Part shown: positions 26,751 through 40,445 of the stretch, piece after piece
Position numbering within the stretch: position 1 is the first letter of the stretch
Layout of the letters: each line of letters opens with the position of its first letter
NCBI GenBank assembly: GCA_964016885.1
Contig: CAXHJY010001738.1
Coordinates: 248,001-312,000 of the forward strand
Length of the DNA stretch: 64,000 bases
Origin: Eledone cirrhosa
Taxonomy: Eukaryota
Direction of reading: 5' to 3'
Program-made: the position numbers and the translations under genes
The notes under the pieces: generated by a model
The model's input: only the letters and a program-made list of their open reading frames with translations
What the model was told of the DNA's origin: nothing
Database searches by the model: none

Positions 26751-26782
<32 letters not shown>

Positions 26783-26971
26783 TACATGTATGAGTTGAAC
26801 AATCAAAACAAACAAGATAAGGTTTAGCAATTAATTAATCCATTGTTTTACGATCGTTTTAGAGGGCAAAATAAACATAGATTTTATCAACCTATTGACT
26901 AATCGTCATCATTTATGTAACTCCATAATATTTGCGTCAATAAAGCCCCTCCATTCAATCGAATTATGGTT

Positions 26972-28763
26972 AGATGTAGGACATCCCTAATCTGGGGCGT
27001 GACGTGTTGTGATGCGCTCTCTGACACAAACCTTGTCGCTTCTGCCTCAAACCCTGGCACGACCGTCTACAAACCCTGGCACCACCGTCTGCAAACCCTG
27101 GCACCACCGTCTGCAAACCCTGGCACCACCGTCTGCAAACCCTGGCACCACCTCACGCAAACCCTGGCACCACCGTCTGCAAACCCAGGCACCACCGTCT
27201 GCAAACCCTGGCACCACCGTCTGCACACCCTGGCACCACCGTCTGCAAACCCTGGCACCACCTCCCGCAAACCCTGGCACCACCTTCTGCAAACCCTGGC
27301 ACCACCGTCTGCAAACCCTGGCACCACCGTCTGCAAACCCTGGCACCACCGTCTGCAAACCCTGGCACCACCTCACGCAAACCCGCGCACCACCGTCTGC
27401 AAACCCAGGCACCACCGTCTACAAACCCTGGCACCACCGTCTGCAAACCCTGGCACCACCGTCTGCAAACCCTGGCACCACCGTCTGCAAACCCTGGCAC
27501 CACCTCCCGCAAACCCGCGCACCACCGTCTGCAAACCCTGGCACCACCGTCTGCAAACCCTGGCACCACCGTCTGCAAACCCTGGCACCACCTCCCGCAA
27601 ACCCGCGCACCATCGTCTGCAAACCCTGGCACCACCGTCTGCAAACCCTGGCACCACCGTCTGCAAACCCTGGCACCACCGTCTGCATACCCGGGCACCA
27701 CCTCCCGCAAAACCGGGCACCACCGTCGGCAAACCCGGGCACCACCTCCCGCAAACTCTGGCACCACCTCCCGCAAACCCTGGTACCACCGTCTGCAAAA
27801 CCTGGCACCACTGTCTACAAACCCGGTCACCACTGTCTGCAAACCCTGGCACCACAGTCTGCAAACCCTGGCACCACCTCCCGCAAACCCGGGCACCACT
27901 GTCTGCAAACCCTGGCACCACCGTCTGCAAATCCTGGCACCACCGTCTGCAAACCCGGGCACCACCGTCTGCAGACCCTGGCACCACCTCCCGCAAACCC
28001 GGGCACCACCGTCTGCAAACCCTGGCACCACCTCCCGCAAACCCGGGCACCACCGTCTGCAAACCCGGGCACCACCTCCCGCAAACCCTGGCACCACCGT
28101 CTGCAAACCCTGGCACCACCGTCTACAAACCCTGGCACCGCTGTCTGCAAACCCTGGCACCACCGTCTGCAAACCCTGGCACCACCTCCAGCAAACCCTG
28201 GCACCACCGTCTGCAAACCCTGGCACCGCTGTCTGCAAACCCTAGTACCACCATCTGCAAACCCTAGTACCACCATCTGCAAACCCTGGCACCACCGTCT
28301 GCAAACCCTGGAACCACCGTCTGCAAACCCTGGCACCACCGTCTACAAACCCTGGCACTGCTGTCTGCAAACCCTGGCACCACCGTCTGCAAACCCTGGC
28401 ACCACCTCCCGCAAACCCTGGCACCACCGTCTGCAAACCCTGGCACCACCGTCTGCAAACCCTGGCACCGCTGTCTGCAAACCCTAGTACCACCATCTGC
28501 AAACCCTGGCACCACCGTCTGCAAACCCTGGCACCACCGTCTGCAAACCCTGACACCACCTCCCGCAAACCCTGGCACCACCGTCTGCAAACACGGGCAC
28601 CACCTCCCGCAAACCCTGGCACCACCGTCTGCAAACCCTGGCACCGCTATCTGCAATGCAGATGAAAGGAAGATAAACAAATACCAGGCATTGTCCGACC
28701 ATTTCATACCGAGGTGCCATGATATGTCCTCATTGCCATAGAGAGGGCGTTAGTTGTATCATG
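26972..28763 (+). mobile_element. CRE-clade-like retrotransposon 3' remnant (RLE domain) split by array 2
   Basis: Left flank TSLIWGVTCCDALSDTNLVASASNPGT; right flank ANPGTAICNADERKINKYQALSDHFIP, then IAIER/VSCIM. Matches the CRE-type pattern LxWDxTxxDT..GxAAxxAExxKxxKY..FxP..IAxQRGN. Confidence 0.7.
27048..28656 (+). repeat. 22-bp minisatellite array 2 (~73 units)
   Basis: Directly visible. Confidence 0.97.
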
Positions 28764-29756
28764 CTCAAGAATAAAGATGGTATGGTGCGATAATATTTTC
28801 TAGAAAGGAGAAGTATTTGTGTATGAGGTGGGTGGGTGTTGATAGAGAGGACAGTGTCACATGGCCTCTGATTAAGAAATCTGTGCAGGTTTGGTGTGGG
28901 GAGTCCACAGATGACTATGGGAGCGACCGTGTTGTAGCAATCTATATTATAAACATCGTGCAGTCTGTCACATGGACTGTAATGTTGTTTGTTGTTGTTT
29001 AGAATTTAAAGGGCGGTGGATTGGTGGAATCGGTAGAGTGTCGGACACAATGCTTTTCAGCATAGAGTTACGGCTCTTTACGTTCCGAGTTCAAATTCCA
29101 CCGAGGTTAACTTTGCCTTTCATCCTTACGGGATCGATAAAATAAAGTACCAGTAATACACTGGAATCGACTTAATCGATCACCCCCCCCCCCCCCAAAA
29201 AAAAATGTATGCCCTTGTGTCTAAATCAGAAACAATTCTTTGAAGTTCATGGGACAGAAATTACTGTAAAATAAAGAAAGCGGGGGGGGGGGTTCTCCAA
29301 CGTTCTTTGTCGACAGTGTTGTCTGTTCCCCCCCTCTCTCACTATATATATATATATATAACAAAGGAATTGTGGTAAGGAACCAGATGGACCATAACGC
29401 TCCAGAGTACTCAATACTTAGGGTAGTAGAGTAGGAAATAGGAAAAAGTATGACCCCGACGGCAGAGCTCAACCCGTTTCGACGGCTATTTCTGGACCAG
29501 AAATAGGCGTCAAAACGGCTTGAGCTCTGCCGTCGGGGTAATACTTTTTTCTCTCTATATATATATAACGAAGGAAGTGTGGTAAGGAACCAGGTGGACC
29601 ATAAAGGCACCAGATTACACGATCCTGTGGGTAATAGAGTGGGTAATAGAGTGGGTAGTAGAGAGGGTAGTAGAGAGGGTAATGTCGTTTCGACAGCTAT
29701 TTCAGAAATAGCTGTCGAAACGGCTTGAGCTCTGCCGTCGGGGTCCGGACTCTTTT

Positions 29757-29833
<77 letters not shown>

Positions 29834-30164
29834 TTGTATACATATATACATACGTATGTATGTATGCATGTATGTACGTATGTATGTATTAATATATATA
29901 CACACATATATGTGTGTATGTATGTATGTTTTGTACGTATGTGTCTGTATATATATTTAGAAAATTAAAAGTTAAAATCTTTATTGAAGTTAATTGAAAA
30001 TAATAATAAATCGGAAGATGAAAAAATTAGAGTTAGAAATTATGAAAAGTGTATCAATACTGGATATTATATATTATCGATATATTGAACGATAGTACCG
30101 TAACGAAGAATAGAAGATAAATTTCAATTATAGAACTGGAGAACGTAACCTTATTATGTAAGAA

Positions 30165-30239
30165 GCTGTCTGATGAGATCATGGCACTGGTTAGGCTGAA
30201 TCATGTTGCCACTGTTGTCATTGAAATATGTTTCACATC
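30165..30239 (+). ncRNA. Hammerhead-like motif, spacer 2
   Basis: Same sequence as 26566-26640. Confidence 0.5.
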
Positions 30240-30349
30240 CTTATCAATAAAGGACTTTGACATCTGAAACTACGTCGCATCTTCTTCTAAATATACTCCG
30301 TCATTCCTTTGTGGATAACGTACGTAGTGTCGTTCAATTAAATTTACCG

Positions 30350-30381
<32 letters not shown>

Positions 30382-30570
30382 TACATGTATGAGTTGAACA
30401 ATCAAAACAAACAAGATAAGGTTTAGCAATTAATTAATCCATTGTTTTACGATCGTTTTAGAGGGCAAAATAAACATAGATTTTATCAACCTATTGACTA
30501 ATCGTCATCATTTATGTAACTCCATAATATTTGCGTCAATAAAGCCCCTCCATTCAATCGAATTATGGAT

Positions 30571-33500
30571 AGATGTAGGACATCCCTAATCTGGGGCGTG
30601 ACGTGTTGTGATGCGCTCTCTGACACAAACCTTGTCGCTTCTGCCTCAAACCCTGGCACGACCGTCTACAAACCCTGGCACCACCGTCTGCAAACCCTGG
30701 CACCACCGTCTGCAAACCCTGGCACCACCGTCTGCAAACCCTGGCACCACCTCACGCAAACCCTGGCACCACCGTCTGCAAACCCAGGCACCACCGTCTG
30801 CAAACCCTGGCACCACCGTCTGCACACCCTGGCACCACCGTCTGCAAACCCTGGCACCACCTCCCGCAAACCCTGGCACCACCTTCTGCAAACCCTGGCA
30901 CCACCGTCTGCAAACCCTGGCACCACCGTCTGCAAACCCTGGCACCACCGTCTGCAAACCCTGGCACCACCTCACGCAAACCCGCGCACCACCGTCTGCA
31001 AACCCAGGCACCACCGTCTACAAACCCTGGCACCACCGTCTGCAAACCCTGGCACCACCTCCCGCAAACCCGCGCACCACCGTCTGCAAACCCTGGCACC
31101 ACCGTCTGCAAACCCTGGCACCACCTCCCGCAAACCCGCGCACCATCGTCTGCAAACCCTGGCACCACCGTCTGCAAACCCTGGCACCACCGTCTGCAAA
31201 CCCTGGCACCACCGTCTGCATACCCGGGCACCACCTCCCGCAAAACCGGGCACCACCGTCGGCAAACCCGGGCCCAACCTCCCGCAAACCCTGGCACCAC
31301 CTCCCGCAAACCCTGGTACCACCGTCTGCAAAACCTGGCACCACTGTCTACAAACCCGGTCACCACTGTCTGCAAACCCTGGCACCACAGTCTGCAAACC
31401 CTGGCACCACCTCCCGCAAACCCGGGCACCACTGTCTGCAAACCCTGGCACCACCGTCTGCAAATCCTGGCACCACCTCCCGCAAACCCGGGCACCGCTG
31501 TCTGCAAACCCTGACATCACAGTCTGCAAACCCGGGCACCACGGTCTGCAAACCCGGGCACCACCTACCGCAAACCCTGGAACCACCGTCTGCAAACCCT
31601 GGCACCACCTCCCGCAAACCCTGGCACCACCGTCTGCAAACCCGGGCACCACCTACCGCAAACCCGGGCACCAACGTCTGCAAACCCGGGCACCACCTAC
31701 CGCGGACCCGGGCACCACCGTCTGCAAACCCTGGCACCACCTCCCGCAAACCCTGGCACCACCGTCTGCAAACCCTGGCACCACCTCCCGCAAACCCTGG
31801 CACCACCGTCTGCAAACCCTGGCACCACCTCCCGCAAACCCTGGCACCACCGTCTGCAAACCCTGGTACCACCGTCTGCAAACCCGGGCACCACCGTCTG
31901 CAAACCCTGGCACCACCTCCCGCAAACCCTGGCACCACCGTCTGCAAACCCGGGCACCACCGTCTGCAAACCCTGGTACCACTGTCTGCAAACCCGGGCA
32001 CCACCGTCTGCAAACCCTGGCACCACCTCCCGCAAACGCTGGCACCACCGTCTGCAAACCCTGGCACCACCGTCTGCAAACCCTGGTACCACCTCCCGCA
32101 AATCCTGGCACCACCGTCTGCAAACCCTGGCACCACCTCCCGCAAACCCTGGCACCACCGTCTGCAAACCCTGGCACCACCTCCCGCAAACCCTGGCACC
32201 ACCGTCTGCAAACCCTGGTACCACCGTCTGCAAACCCGGGCACCACCGTCTGCAAACCCTGGCACCACCTCCCGCAAACCCTGGCACCACCGTATGCAAA
32301 CCCTGGTACCACCGTCTGCAAACCCGGGCACCACCGTCTGCAAACCCTGGCACCACCTCCCGCAAACCCTGGCACCACCGTCTGCAAACCCTGGTACCAC
32401 CGTCTGCAAACCCCGGCACCACCGTCTGCAAACCCTGGCACCACCTCCCGCAAACCCTGGCACCACCGTCTGCAAACCCGGGCACCACCGTCTGCAAACC
32501 CTGGCACCACCGTCTGCAAACCCTGGCACCACCTCCTGCAAACCCTGGCACCGCCGTTTGCAAACCCTGGCGCCGCCGTCTGCAAACCCTGGCACCACCG
32601 TCTGCAAACCCTGGCACCACCGTCTGCAAACCCTGGCACCACCTACCGCAAACCCTGGCACCACCGTCTGCAAACCCTGGCACCACCTACCGCAAACCCT
32701 GGCACCACCGTCTGCAAACCAGGGCACCACCGTCTGCAAACCCTGGCACCACCTACCGCAAACCCTGTCACCACCGTCTGCAAACCCTGGCACCACCGTC
32801 TGTAAACCAGGGCACCACCGTCTGCAAAACTGGCACCACCTACCGCAAACCCTGGTACCACCTTCTGCAAACCCTGGCACCACCGTCTGCAAACCCGAGC
32901 ACCACCGTCTGCAAACCCTGGCACCACCGTCTGCAAACCCTGACACCACCGTCTGCAAACCCTGGCACCACCTACCGCAAACCCTGGCACCACCGTCTGC
33001 AAACCCTGGCACCACCTACCGCAAACCCTGGCACCACCGTCTGCAAACCCGGGCACCACCGTCTGCAAACCCGAGCACCACCGTCTGCAAACCCTGGTAC
33101 CACCGTCTGCAAACCCGGGCACCACCGTCTGCAAACCCTGGCACCACCGTCTGCAAACCCGAGCACCACCGTCTGCAAACCCGGGCACCACCGTCTGCAA
33201 ACCCGGGCACCACCGTCTGCAAACCCGAGCGCCACCGTCTGCAAACCCGAGCACCACCGTCTGCAAACCCTGGCACCACCGTCTGCAAACCCTGGCACCA
33301 ACGTCTGCAAACCCGAGCACCACCGTCTGCAAACCCTGGCACCACCGTCTGCAAACCCGAGCACCACCGTCTGCAAACCCGGGCACCAACGTCTGCAAAC
33401 CCGGGCACCACCTCCCGCAAACCCTGGCACCACCGTCTGCAAACCCGGGCACCAACGTCTGCAAACCCGGGCACCACCTACCGCAGACCCGGGCACCACC

Positions 33501-34385
33501 TCCCGCAATCCCTGGCACCACCGTCTGCAAACCCGGGCACCACCTACAGCAAACTCTGGCACCACCGTCTGCAAACCCGGGCACCAACGTCTGCAAACCC
33601 GGGCACCACCTACCGCAGACCCGGGCACCACCGTCTTCAAACCCTGGCACCATCGTCTGCAAACCCTGGCACCACGGTCTGCAAACCCGGGCACCACCTC
33701 CCGCAAACCCTGACACCACCGTCTGCAAACCCTGGCACCATCGTCTGCAAACCCTGGCACCACGGTCTGCAAACCCGGGCACCACCGTCTGCAAACCCTG
33801 GCACCATCTTCTGCAAACCCAGGCACCACCGTCTGCAAACCCTGACACCACCGTCTGCAAACCCTGGCACCATCGTCTGCAAACCCTGGCACCACCGTCT
33901 GCAAACCCTGGCACCACCTCCCGCAAACCCTGGCACCACCTCCCGCAAACCCTGGCACCACTGTCTGCAAACCCTGGCACCACCGTCTGGAAACCCTGGC
34001 ACCACCGTCTGCAAACCCTGGCACCACCTCCCGCAAACCCTGGCACCACCGTCTGCAAACCCTGGCACCACAGTCTGAAAACCCTGGCACCACCGTCTGC
34101 AAACCCTGGCACCACCTCCCGCAAACCCTGGCACCACCTCCCGCAAACCCTGGCACCACCGTCTGCAAACCCTGGCACCACCGTCTGCAAACCCTGGCAC
34201 CACCGTCTGCAAACCCTGGCACCACCTCCCGCAAACCCTGGCACCACCGTCTGCAAACCCTGGCACCGCTATCTGCAATGCAGATGAAAGGAAGATAAAC
34301 AAATACCAGGCATTGTCCGACCATTTCATACCGAGGTGCCATGATATGTCCTCATTGCCATTGAGAGGGCGTTAGTTGTATCATG
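30571..34385 (+). mobile_element. CRE-like remnant split by array 3 (same again at 36760-40552 and 42943-48889)
   Basis: Same flanking peptides as 26972-28763. Confidence 0.7.
30647..34278 (+). repeat. 22-bp minisatellite array 3 (~165 units)
   Basis: Directly visible. Confidence 0.97.
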
Positions 34386-34829
34386 CTCAAGAATAAAGAT
34401 GGTATCGTGCGATAATATTTTCTAGAAAGGAGAAGTATTTGTGTATGAGGTGGGTGGGTGTTGATAGAGAGGACAGTGTCACATGGCCTCTGATTAAGAA
34501 ATCTGTGCAGGTTTGGTGTGGGGAGTCCACAGATGACTATGGGAGCGACCGTGTTGACACAGGATGGTTTCTGATTTAGGAACAAGGCCAGCAATTTCTG
34601 TGGGGTGGGGAGAAGTCCATCATATCAACCCCAGTAATTGACTGCTACTTTTATTGACCCCAGAACGATGCAGGGCAAAATAGACTCTAGATCCACGAGT
34701 GACAGACGCCCTGGATGTTTTATCCTCTTCTATTATATTATATATTTGAAATGTTGTCGTCCCAACGGAAACGACTAAAATAAAAGACAACCACTAGCAA
34801 TACTAGTGATCGACTATTATTATTATAGT

Positions 34830-35014
34830 GCGATGGATTGGCAGTATCGGTAGAGGGTCAGGTGCCCTGCTTTGACACATAGAGTTACGGCCCTTTCCAT
34901 TCTGAGTTCAAATCCCGCCGAGGTTAACTTTGCCTTTCATCCTTACGGGGTCGATAAAATAAAGTACCAGTAATGCACTGGATAAATGCTGGCCTTGTGC
35001 CAAAAGCAGAAATA
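34830..35014 (+). mobile_element. Second SINE in the long spacers, with 11-bp TSD attattatagt (copies ~40997-41181, ~49334-49518)
   Basis: A/B boxes and core; attattatagt at 34819-34829 and 35015-35025. An older minus-strand SINE remnant lies at ~34570-34690. Confidence 0.85.
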
Positions 35015-35957
35015 ATTATTATAGTCACTTGCGTTGGAGCGACTTCATTTCAAATCATAAAATCGTTTCCTCTGTTTAAGACAACCAAATGTTTAATTAC
35101 GTATTAAAATAACAACAAGGACAAACCGGACTTTGTAGCAATCTATATTATAAACATTGTGCAGTCTGTCACATGGACTGTAATGTTGTTTGTTGTTGTT
35201 TAGAATTTAAAGGGCGGTGGATTGGTGGAATCGGTAGAGTGTCGGACACAATGCTTTTCAGCATAGAGTTACGGCTCTTTACGTTCCGAGTTCAAATTCC
35301 ACCGAGGTTAACTTTGCCTTTCATCCTTACGGGATCGATAAAATAAAGTACCAGTAATACACTGGAATCGACTTAATCGATCACCCCCCCCCCCAAAACA
35401 AAATGTATGCCCTTGTGTCTAAATCAGAAACAATTCTTTGAAGTTCATGGGACAGAAATTACTGTAAAATAAAGAAAGCGGGGGGGGGGTGTTCTCCAAC
35501 GTTCTTTGTCGACAGTGTTGTCTGTTCCCCCCCTCTCTCACTATATATATATATATATAACAAAGGAATTGTGGTAAGGAACCAGATGGACCATAACGCT
35601 CCAGAGTACTCAATACTTAGGGTAGTAGAGTAGGAAATAGGAAAAAGTATGACCCCGACGGCAGAGCTCAACCCGTTTCGACGGCTATTTCTGGACCAGA
35701 AATAGGCGTCAAAACGGCTTGAGCTCTGCCGTCGGGGTAATACTTTTTTCTCTCTATATATATATAACGAAGGAAGTGTGGTAAGGAACCAGGTGGACCA
35801 TAAAGGCACCAGATTACACGATCCTGTGGGTAATAGAGTGGGTAATAGAGTGGGTAGTAGAGAGGGTAGTAGAGAGGGTAATGTCGTTTCGACAGCTATT
35901 TCAGAAATAGCTGTCGAAACGACTTGAGCTCTGCCGTCGGGGTCCGGACTCTTTTCC

Positions 35958-36024
<67 letters not shown>

Positions 36025-36355
36025 TTGTATACATATATACATACGTATGTATGTATGCATGTATGTACGTATGTATGTATTAATATATATACACACATAT
36101 ATGTGTGTATGTATGTATGTTTTGTACGTATGTGTCTGTATATATATTTAGAAAATTAAAAGTTAAAATCTTTATTGAAGTTAATTGAAAATAATAATAA
36201 ATCGGAAGATGAAAAAATTAGAGTTAGAAATTATGAAAAGTGTATCAATACTGGATATTATATATTATCGATATATTGAACGATAGTACCGTAACGAAGA
36301 ATAGAAGATAAATTTCAATTATAGAACTGGAGAACGTAACCTTATTATGTAAGAA

Positions 36356-36430
36356 GCTGTCTGATGAGATCATGGCACTGGTTAGGCTGAATCATGTTGC
36401 CACTGTTGTCATTGAAATATGTTTCACATC
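36356..36430 (+). ncRNA. Hammerhead-like motif, spacer 3
   Basis: Same sequence as 26566-26640. Confidence 0.5.
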
Positions 36431-36835
36431 CTTATCAATAAAGGACTTTGACATCTGAAACTACGTCGCATCTTCTTCTAAATATACTCCGTCATTCCTT
36501 TGTGGATAACGTACGTAGTGTCGTTCAATTAAATTTACCGTATATATATATATATACACACACACACACATACATGTATGAGTTGAACAATCAAAACAAA
36601 CAAGATAAGGTTTAGCAATTAATTAATCCATTGTTTTACGATCGTTTTAGAGGGCAAAATAAACATAGATTTTATCAACCTATTGACTAATCGTCATCAT
36701 TTATGTAACTCCATAATATTTGCGTCAATAAAGCCCCTCCATTCAATCGAATTATGGTTAGATGTAGGACATCCCTAATCTGGGGCGTGACGTGTTGTGA
36801 TGCGCTCTCTGACACAAACCTTGTCGCTTCTGCCT

Positions 36836-39800
36836 CAAACCCTGGCACGACCGTCTACAAACCCTGGCACCACCGTCTGCAAACCCTGGCACCACCGTCT
36901 GCAAACCCTGGCACCACCGTCTGCAAACCCTGGCACCACCTCACGCAAACCCGCGCACCACCGTCTGCAAACCCAGGCACCACCGTCTGCAAACCCTGGC
37001 ACCACCGTCTGCAAACCCTGGCACCACCGTCTGCAAACCCTGGCACCACCTCCCGCAAACCATGGCACCACCTTCTGCAAACCCTGGCACCACCGTCTGC
37101 AAACCCTGGCACCACCGTCTGCAAACCCTGGCACCACCGTCTGCAAACCCTGGCACCACCTCACGCAAACCCGCGCACCACCGTCTGCAAACCCAGGCAC
37201 CACCGTCTACAAACCCTGGCACCACCGTCTGCAAACCCTGGCACCACCGTCTGCAAACCCTGGCACCACCGTCTGCAAACCCTGGCACCACCTCCCGCAA
37301 ACCCGCGCACTACCGTCTGCAAACCCTGGCACCACCGTCTGCAAACCCTGGCACCACCGTCTGCAAACCCTGGCACCACCTCCCGCAAACCCGCGCACCA
37401 TCGTCTGCAAACCCTGGCACCACCGTCTGCAAACCCTGGCACCACCGTCTGCAAACCCTGGCACCACCGTCTGCATACCCGGGCACCACCTCCCGCAAAA
37501 CCGGGCACCACCGTCTGCAAACCCGGGCACCACCTCCCGCAAACCCTGGCACCACCTCCCGCAAACCCTGGTACCACCGTCTGCAAAACCTGGCACCACT
37601 GTCTACAAACCCGGTCACCACTGTCTGCAAACCCTGGCACCACCGTCTGCAAACCCTGGCACCACCTCCCGCAAACCCGGGCACCACTGTCTGCAAACCC
37701 TGGCACCACCGTCTGCAAATCCTGGCACCACCTCCCGCAAACCCGGGCACCGCTGTCTGCAAACCCTGACACCACAGTCTGCAAACCCGGGCACCACGGT
37801 CTGCAAACCCGGGCACTACCTACCGCAAACCCGGGCACCAACGTCTGCAAACCCGGGCACCACCTACCGCGGACCCGGGCACCACCGTCTGCAAACCCTG
37901 GCACCACCTCCCGCAAACCCTGGCACCACCGTCTGCAAACCCTGGCACCACCTCCCGCAAACCCTGGCACCACCGTCTGCAAACCCTGGCACCACCTCCC
38001 GCAAACCCTGGCACCACCGTCTGCAAACCCTGGTACCACCGTCTGCAAACCCGGGCACCACCGTCTGCAAACCCTGGCACCACCTCCCGCAAACCCTGGC
38101 ACCACCGTCTGCAAACCCGGGCACCACCGTCTGCAAACCCTGGTACCACCGTCTGCAAACCCGGGCACCACCGTCTGCAAACCCTGGCACCACCTCCCGC
38201 AAACCCTGGCACCACCGTCTGCAAACCCTGGTACCACCGTCTGCAAACCCGGGCACCACCGTCTGCAAACCCTGGCACCACCTCCCGCAAACGCTGGCAC
38301 CACCGTCTGCAAACCCTGGCACCACCGTCTGCAAACCCTGGCACCACCGTCTGCAAACCCTGGTACCACCTCCCGCAAATCCTGGCACCACCGTCTGCAA
38401 ACCCTGGCACCACCTCCCGCAAACCCTGGCACCACCGTCTGCAAACCCTGGCACCACCTCCCGCAAACCCTGGCACCACCGTCTGCAAACCCTGGTACCA
38501 CCGTCTGCAAACCCGGGCACCACCGTCTGCAAACCCTGGCACCACCTCCCGCAAACCCTGGCACCACCTCCCGCAAACCCTGGTACCACCGTCTGCAAAC
38601 CCCGGCACCACCGTCTGCAAACCCTGGCACTACCTCCCGCAAACCCTGGCACCACCGTCTGCAAACCCGGGCACCACCGTCTGCAAACCCTGGCACCACC
38701 GTCTGCAAACCCTGGCACCACCTCCTGCAAACCCTGGCACCGCCGTTTGCAAATCCTGGCGCCGCCGTCTGCAAACCCTGGCACCACCGTCTGCAAACCC
38801 TGGCACCACCGTCTGCAAACCCTGGCACCACCTACCGCAAACCCTGGCACCACCGTCTGCAAACCCTGACACCACCTACCGCAAACCCTGGCACCACCGT
38901 CTGCAAACCAGGGCACCACCGTCTGCAAACCCTGGCACCACCGTCTGCAAACCCTGGCACCACCGTCTGCAAAACTGGCACCACCTGCCGCAAACCCTGG
39001 TACCACCTTCTGCAAACCCTGGCACCACCGTCTGCAAACACGAGCACCACCGTCTGCAAACACTGGCACCACCGTCTGCAAACCCTGACACCACCGTCTG
39101 CAAACCCTGGCACCACCTACCGCAAACCCTGGCACCACCGTCTGCAAACCCTGGCACCACCTACCGCAAACCCTGGCACCACCGTCTGCAAACCCGGGCA
39201 CCACCGTCTGCAAACCCGAGCACCACCGTCTGCAAACCCTGGTACCACCGTCTGCAAACCCGGGCACCACCGTCTGCAAACCCTGGCACCACCGTCTGCA
39301 AACCCGAGCACCACCGTCTGCAAACCCGGGCACCACCGTCTGCAAACCCGGGCACCACCGTCTGCAAACACGAGCACCACCGTCTGCAAACCCGAGCACC
39401 ACCGTCTGCAAACCCTGGCACCACCGTCTGCAAACCCTGGCACCACCGTCTGCAAACCCGAGCACCACCGTCTGCAAACCCTGGCACCACCGTCTGCAAA
39501 CCCGAGCACCACCGTCTGCAAACCCGGGCACCAACGTCTGCAAACCCGGGCACCACCTCCCGCAAACCCTGGCACCACCGTCTGCAAACCCGGGCACCAA
39601 CGTCTGCAAACCCGGGCACCACCTACCGCAGACCCGGTCACCACCTCCCGCAATCCCTGGCACCACCTTCTGCAAACCCGGGCACCACCTACAGCAAACC
39701 CTGGCACCACCGTCTGCAAACCCGGGCACCAACGTCTGCAAACCCGGGCACCACCTACCGCAGACCCGGGCACCACCGTCTTCAAACCCTGGCACCATCG

Positions 39801-40445
39801 TCTGCAAACCCTGGCACCACGGTCTGCAAACCCGGGCACCACCTCCCGCAAACCCTGGCACCACCGTCTGCAAACCCTGGCACCATCGTCTGCAAACCCT
39901 GGCACCACGGTCTGTAAACCCGGGCACCACCGTCTGCAAACCCTGGCACCATCTTCTGCAAACCCGGGCACCACCGTCTGCAAACCCTGACACCACCGTC
40001 TGCAAACCCTGGCACCATCGTCTGCAAACCCTGGCACCATCGTCTGCAAACCCTGGCACCACCGTCTGCAAACCCTGGCACCACCTCCCGCAAACCCTGG
40101 CACCACTGTCTGCAAACCCTGGCACCACCGTCTGCAAACCCTGGCACCACCGTCTGCAAACCCTGGCACCACCTCCCGCAAACCCTGGCACCACCGTCTG
40201 CAAACCCTGGCACCACCGTCTGAAAACCCTGGCACCACCGTCTGCAAACCCTGGCACCACCTCCCGCAAACCCTGGCACCACCTCCCGCAAACCCTGGCA
40301 CCACCGTCTGCAAACCCTGGCACCACCGTCTGCAAACCCTGGCACCACCGTCTGCAAACCCTGGCACCACCGTCTGCAAACCCTGGCACCACCTCCCGCA
40401 AACCCTGGCACCACCGTCTGCAAACCCTGGCACCGCTATCTGCAA
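36836..40445 (+). repeat. 22-bp minisatellite array 4 (~164 units)
   Basis: Directly visible. Confidence 0.97.
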
